Part shown: positions 63,830 through 64,000 of the stretch, piece after piece
Position numbering within the stretch: position 1 is the first letter of the stretch
Layout of the letters: each line of letters opens with the position of its first letter
Assembly (NCBI GenBank): GCA_964057225.1
Contig: OZ059896.1
Location: forward strand, 11,656,001 to 11,720,000
DNA: 64,000 nucleotides
Source of the DNA: Auanema rhodensis
Lineage: Eukaryota; Animalia; Nematoda
Direction: 5' to 3'
Position numbers and translations under genes: made by a program
Notes under the pieces: model-generated
What the model was told of the DNA's origin: nothing
What the model saw: the letters and a program-made list of their open reading frames with translations, nothing else
The model's database searches: none

Positions 63830-64000
63830 TGTGCTGAAGCACTCTCATCCCGTGATAATAGTGTTCCTCCTTAGTTTAAGTTCAATTGTACTTCTTTATT
63901 GTCCTCTCTTTGTACTATCGATTATCCTCAACTATCTAATCGATAATCCTGTAAGTTGTCACCAACGGCCGATTTGCCGATGAATCACCTATCGCCCTTT
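63830..64000 (+). mobile_element. LTR copy 5 (cut by window end)
   Basis: Same left junction aatcatta|TGTGCTGAAG, 2112 bp (1611 + 3x167) after copy 4. Confidence 0.92.

Overview
Eukaryotic, very AT-rich heterochromatin-like window. The retroelement type points to a nematode host, but that is inference. Positions 1-~1165 are an array edge containing seven copies of a ~36-bp palindrome-cored motif within a degenerate ~213-bp repeat. From ~1169 to the end runs a head-to-tail 167-bp satellite (~290 monomers) with layered variants and variable higher-order repeats. Three kinds of insertion interrupt it. (i) Two near-identical intact 1413-bp Tc1 (DD34E) transposons sit at the same TA of the same monomer variant, which indicates one insertion duplicated with the array. 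(ii) An intact 9300-bp Bel/Pao (Belpaoviridae) LTR element on the - strand has identical 533-bp LTRs, a 5-bp TSD and a single 2749-aa Gag-Pol-Env ORF. The ORF carries a phlebovirus-like Gc fusogen plus an extra unexplained C-terminal domain. (iii) Five + strand LTR copies of the same family: four are 3'-clipped at an identical junction and the fifth is cut by the window end. These have been amplified as an LTR-satellite higher-order repeat (1611-bp period). No host genes, RNA genes or CRISPR arrays were found.
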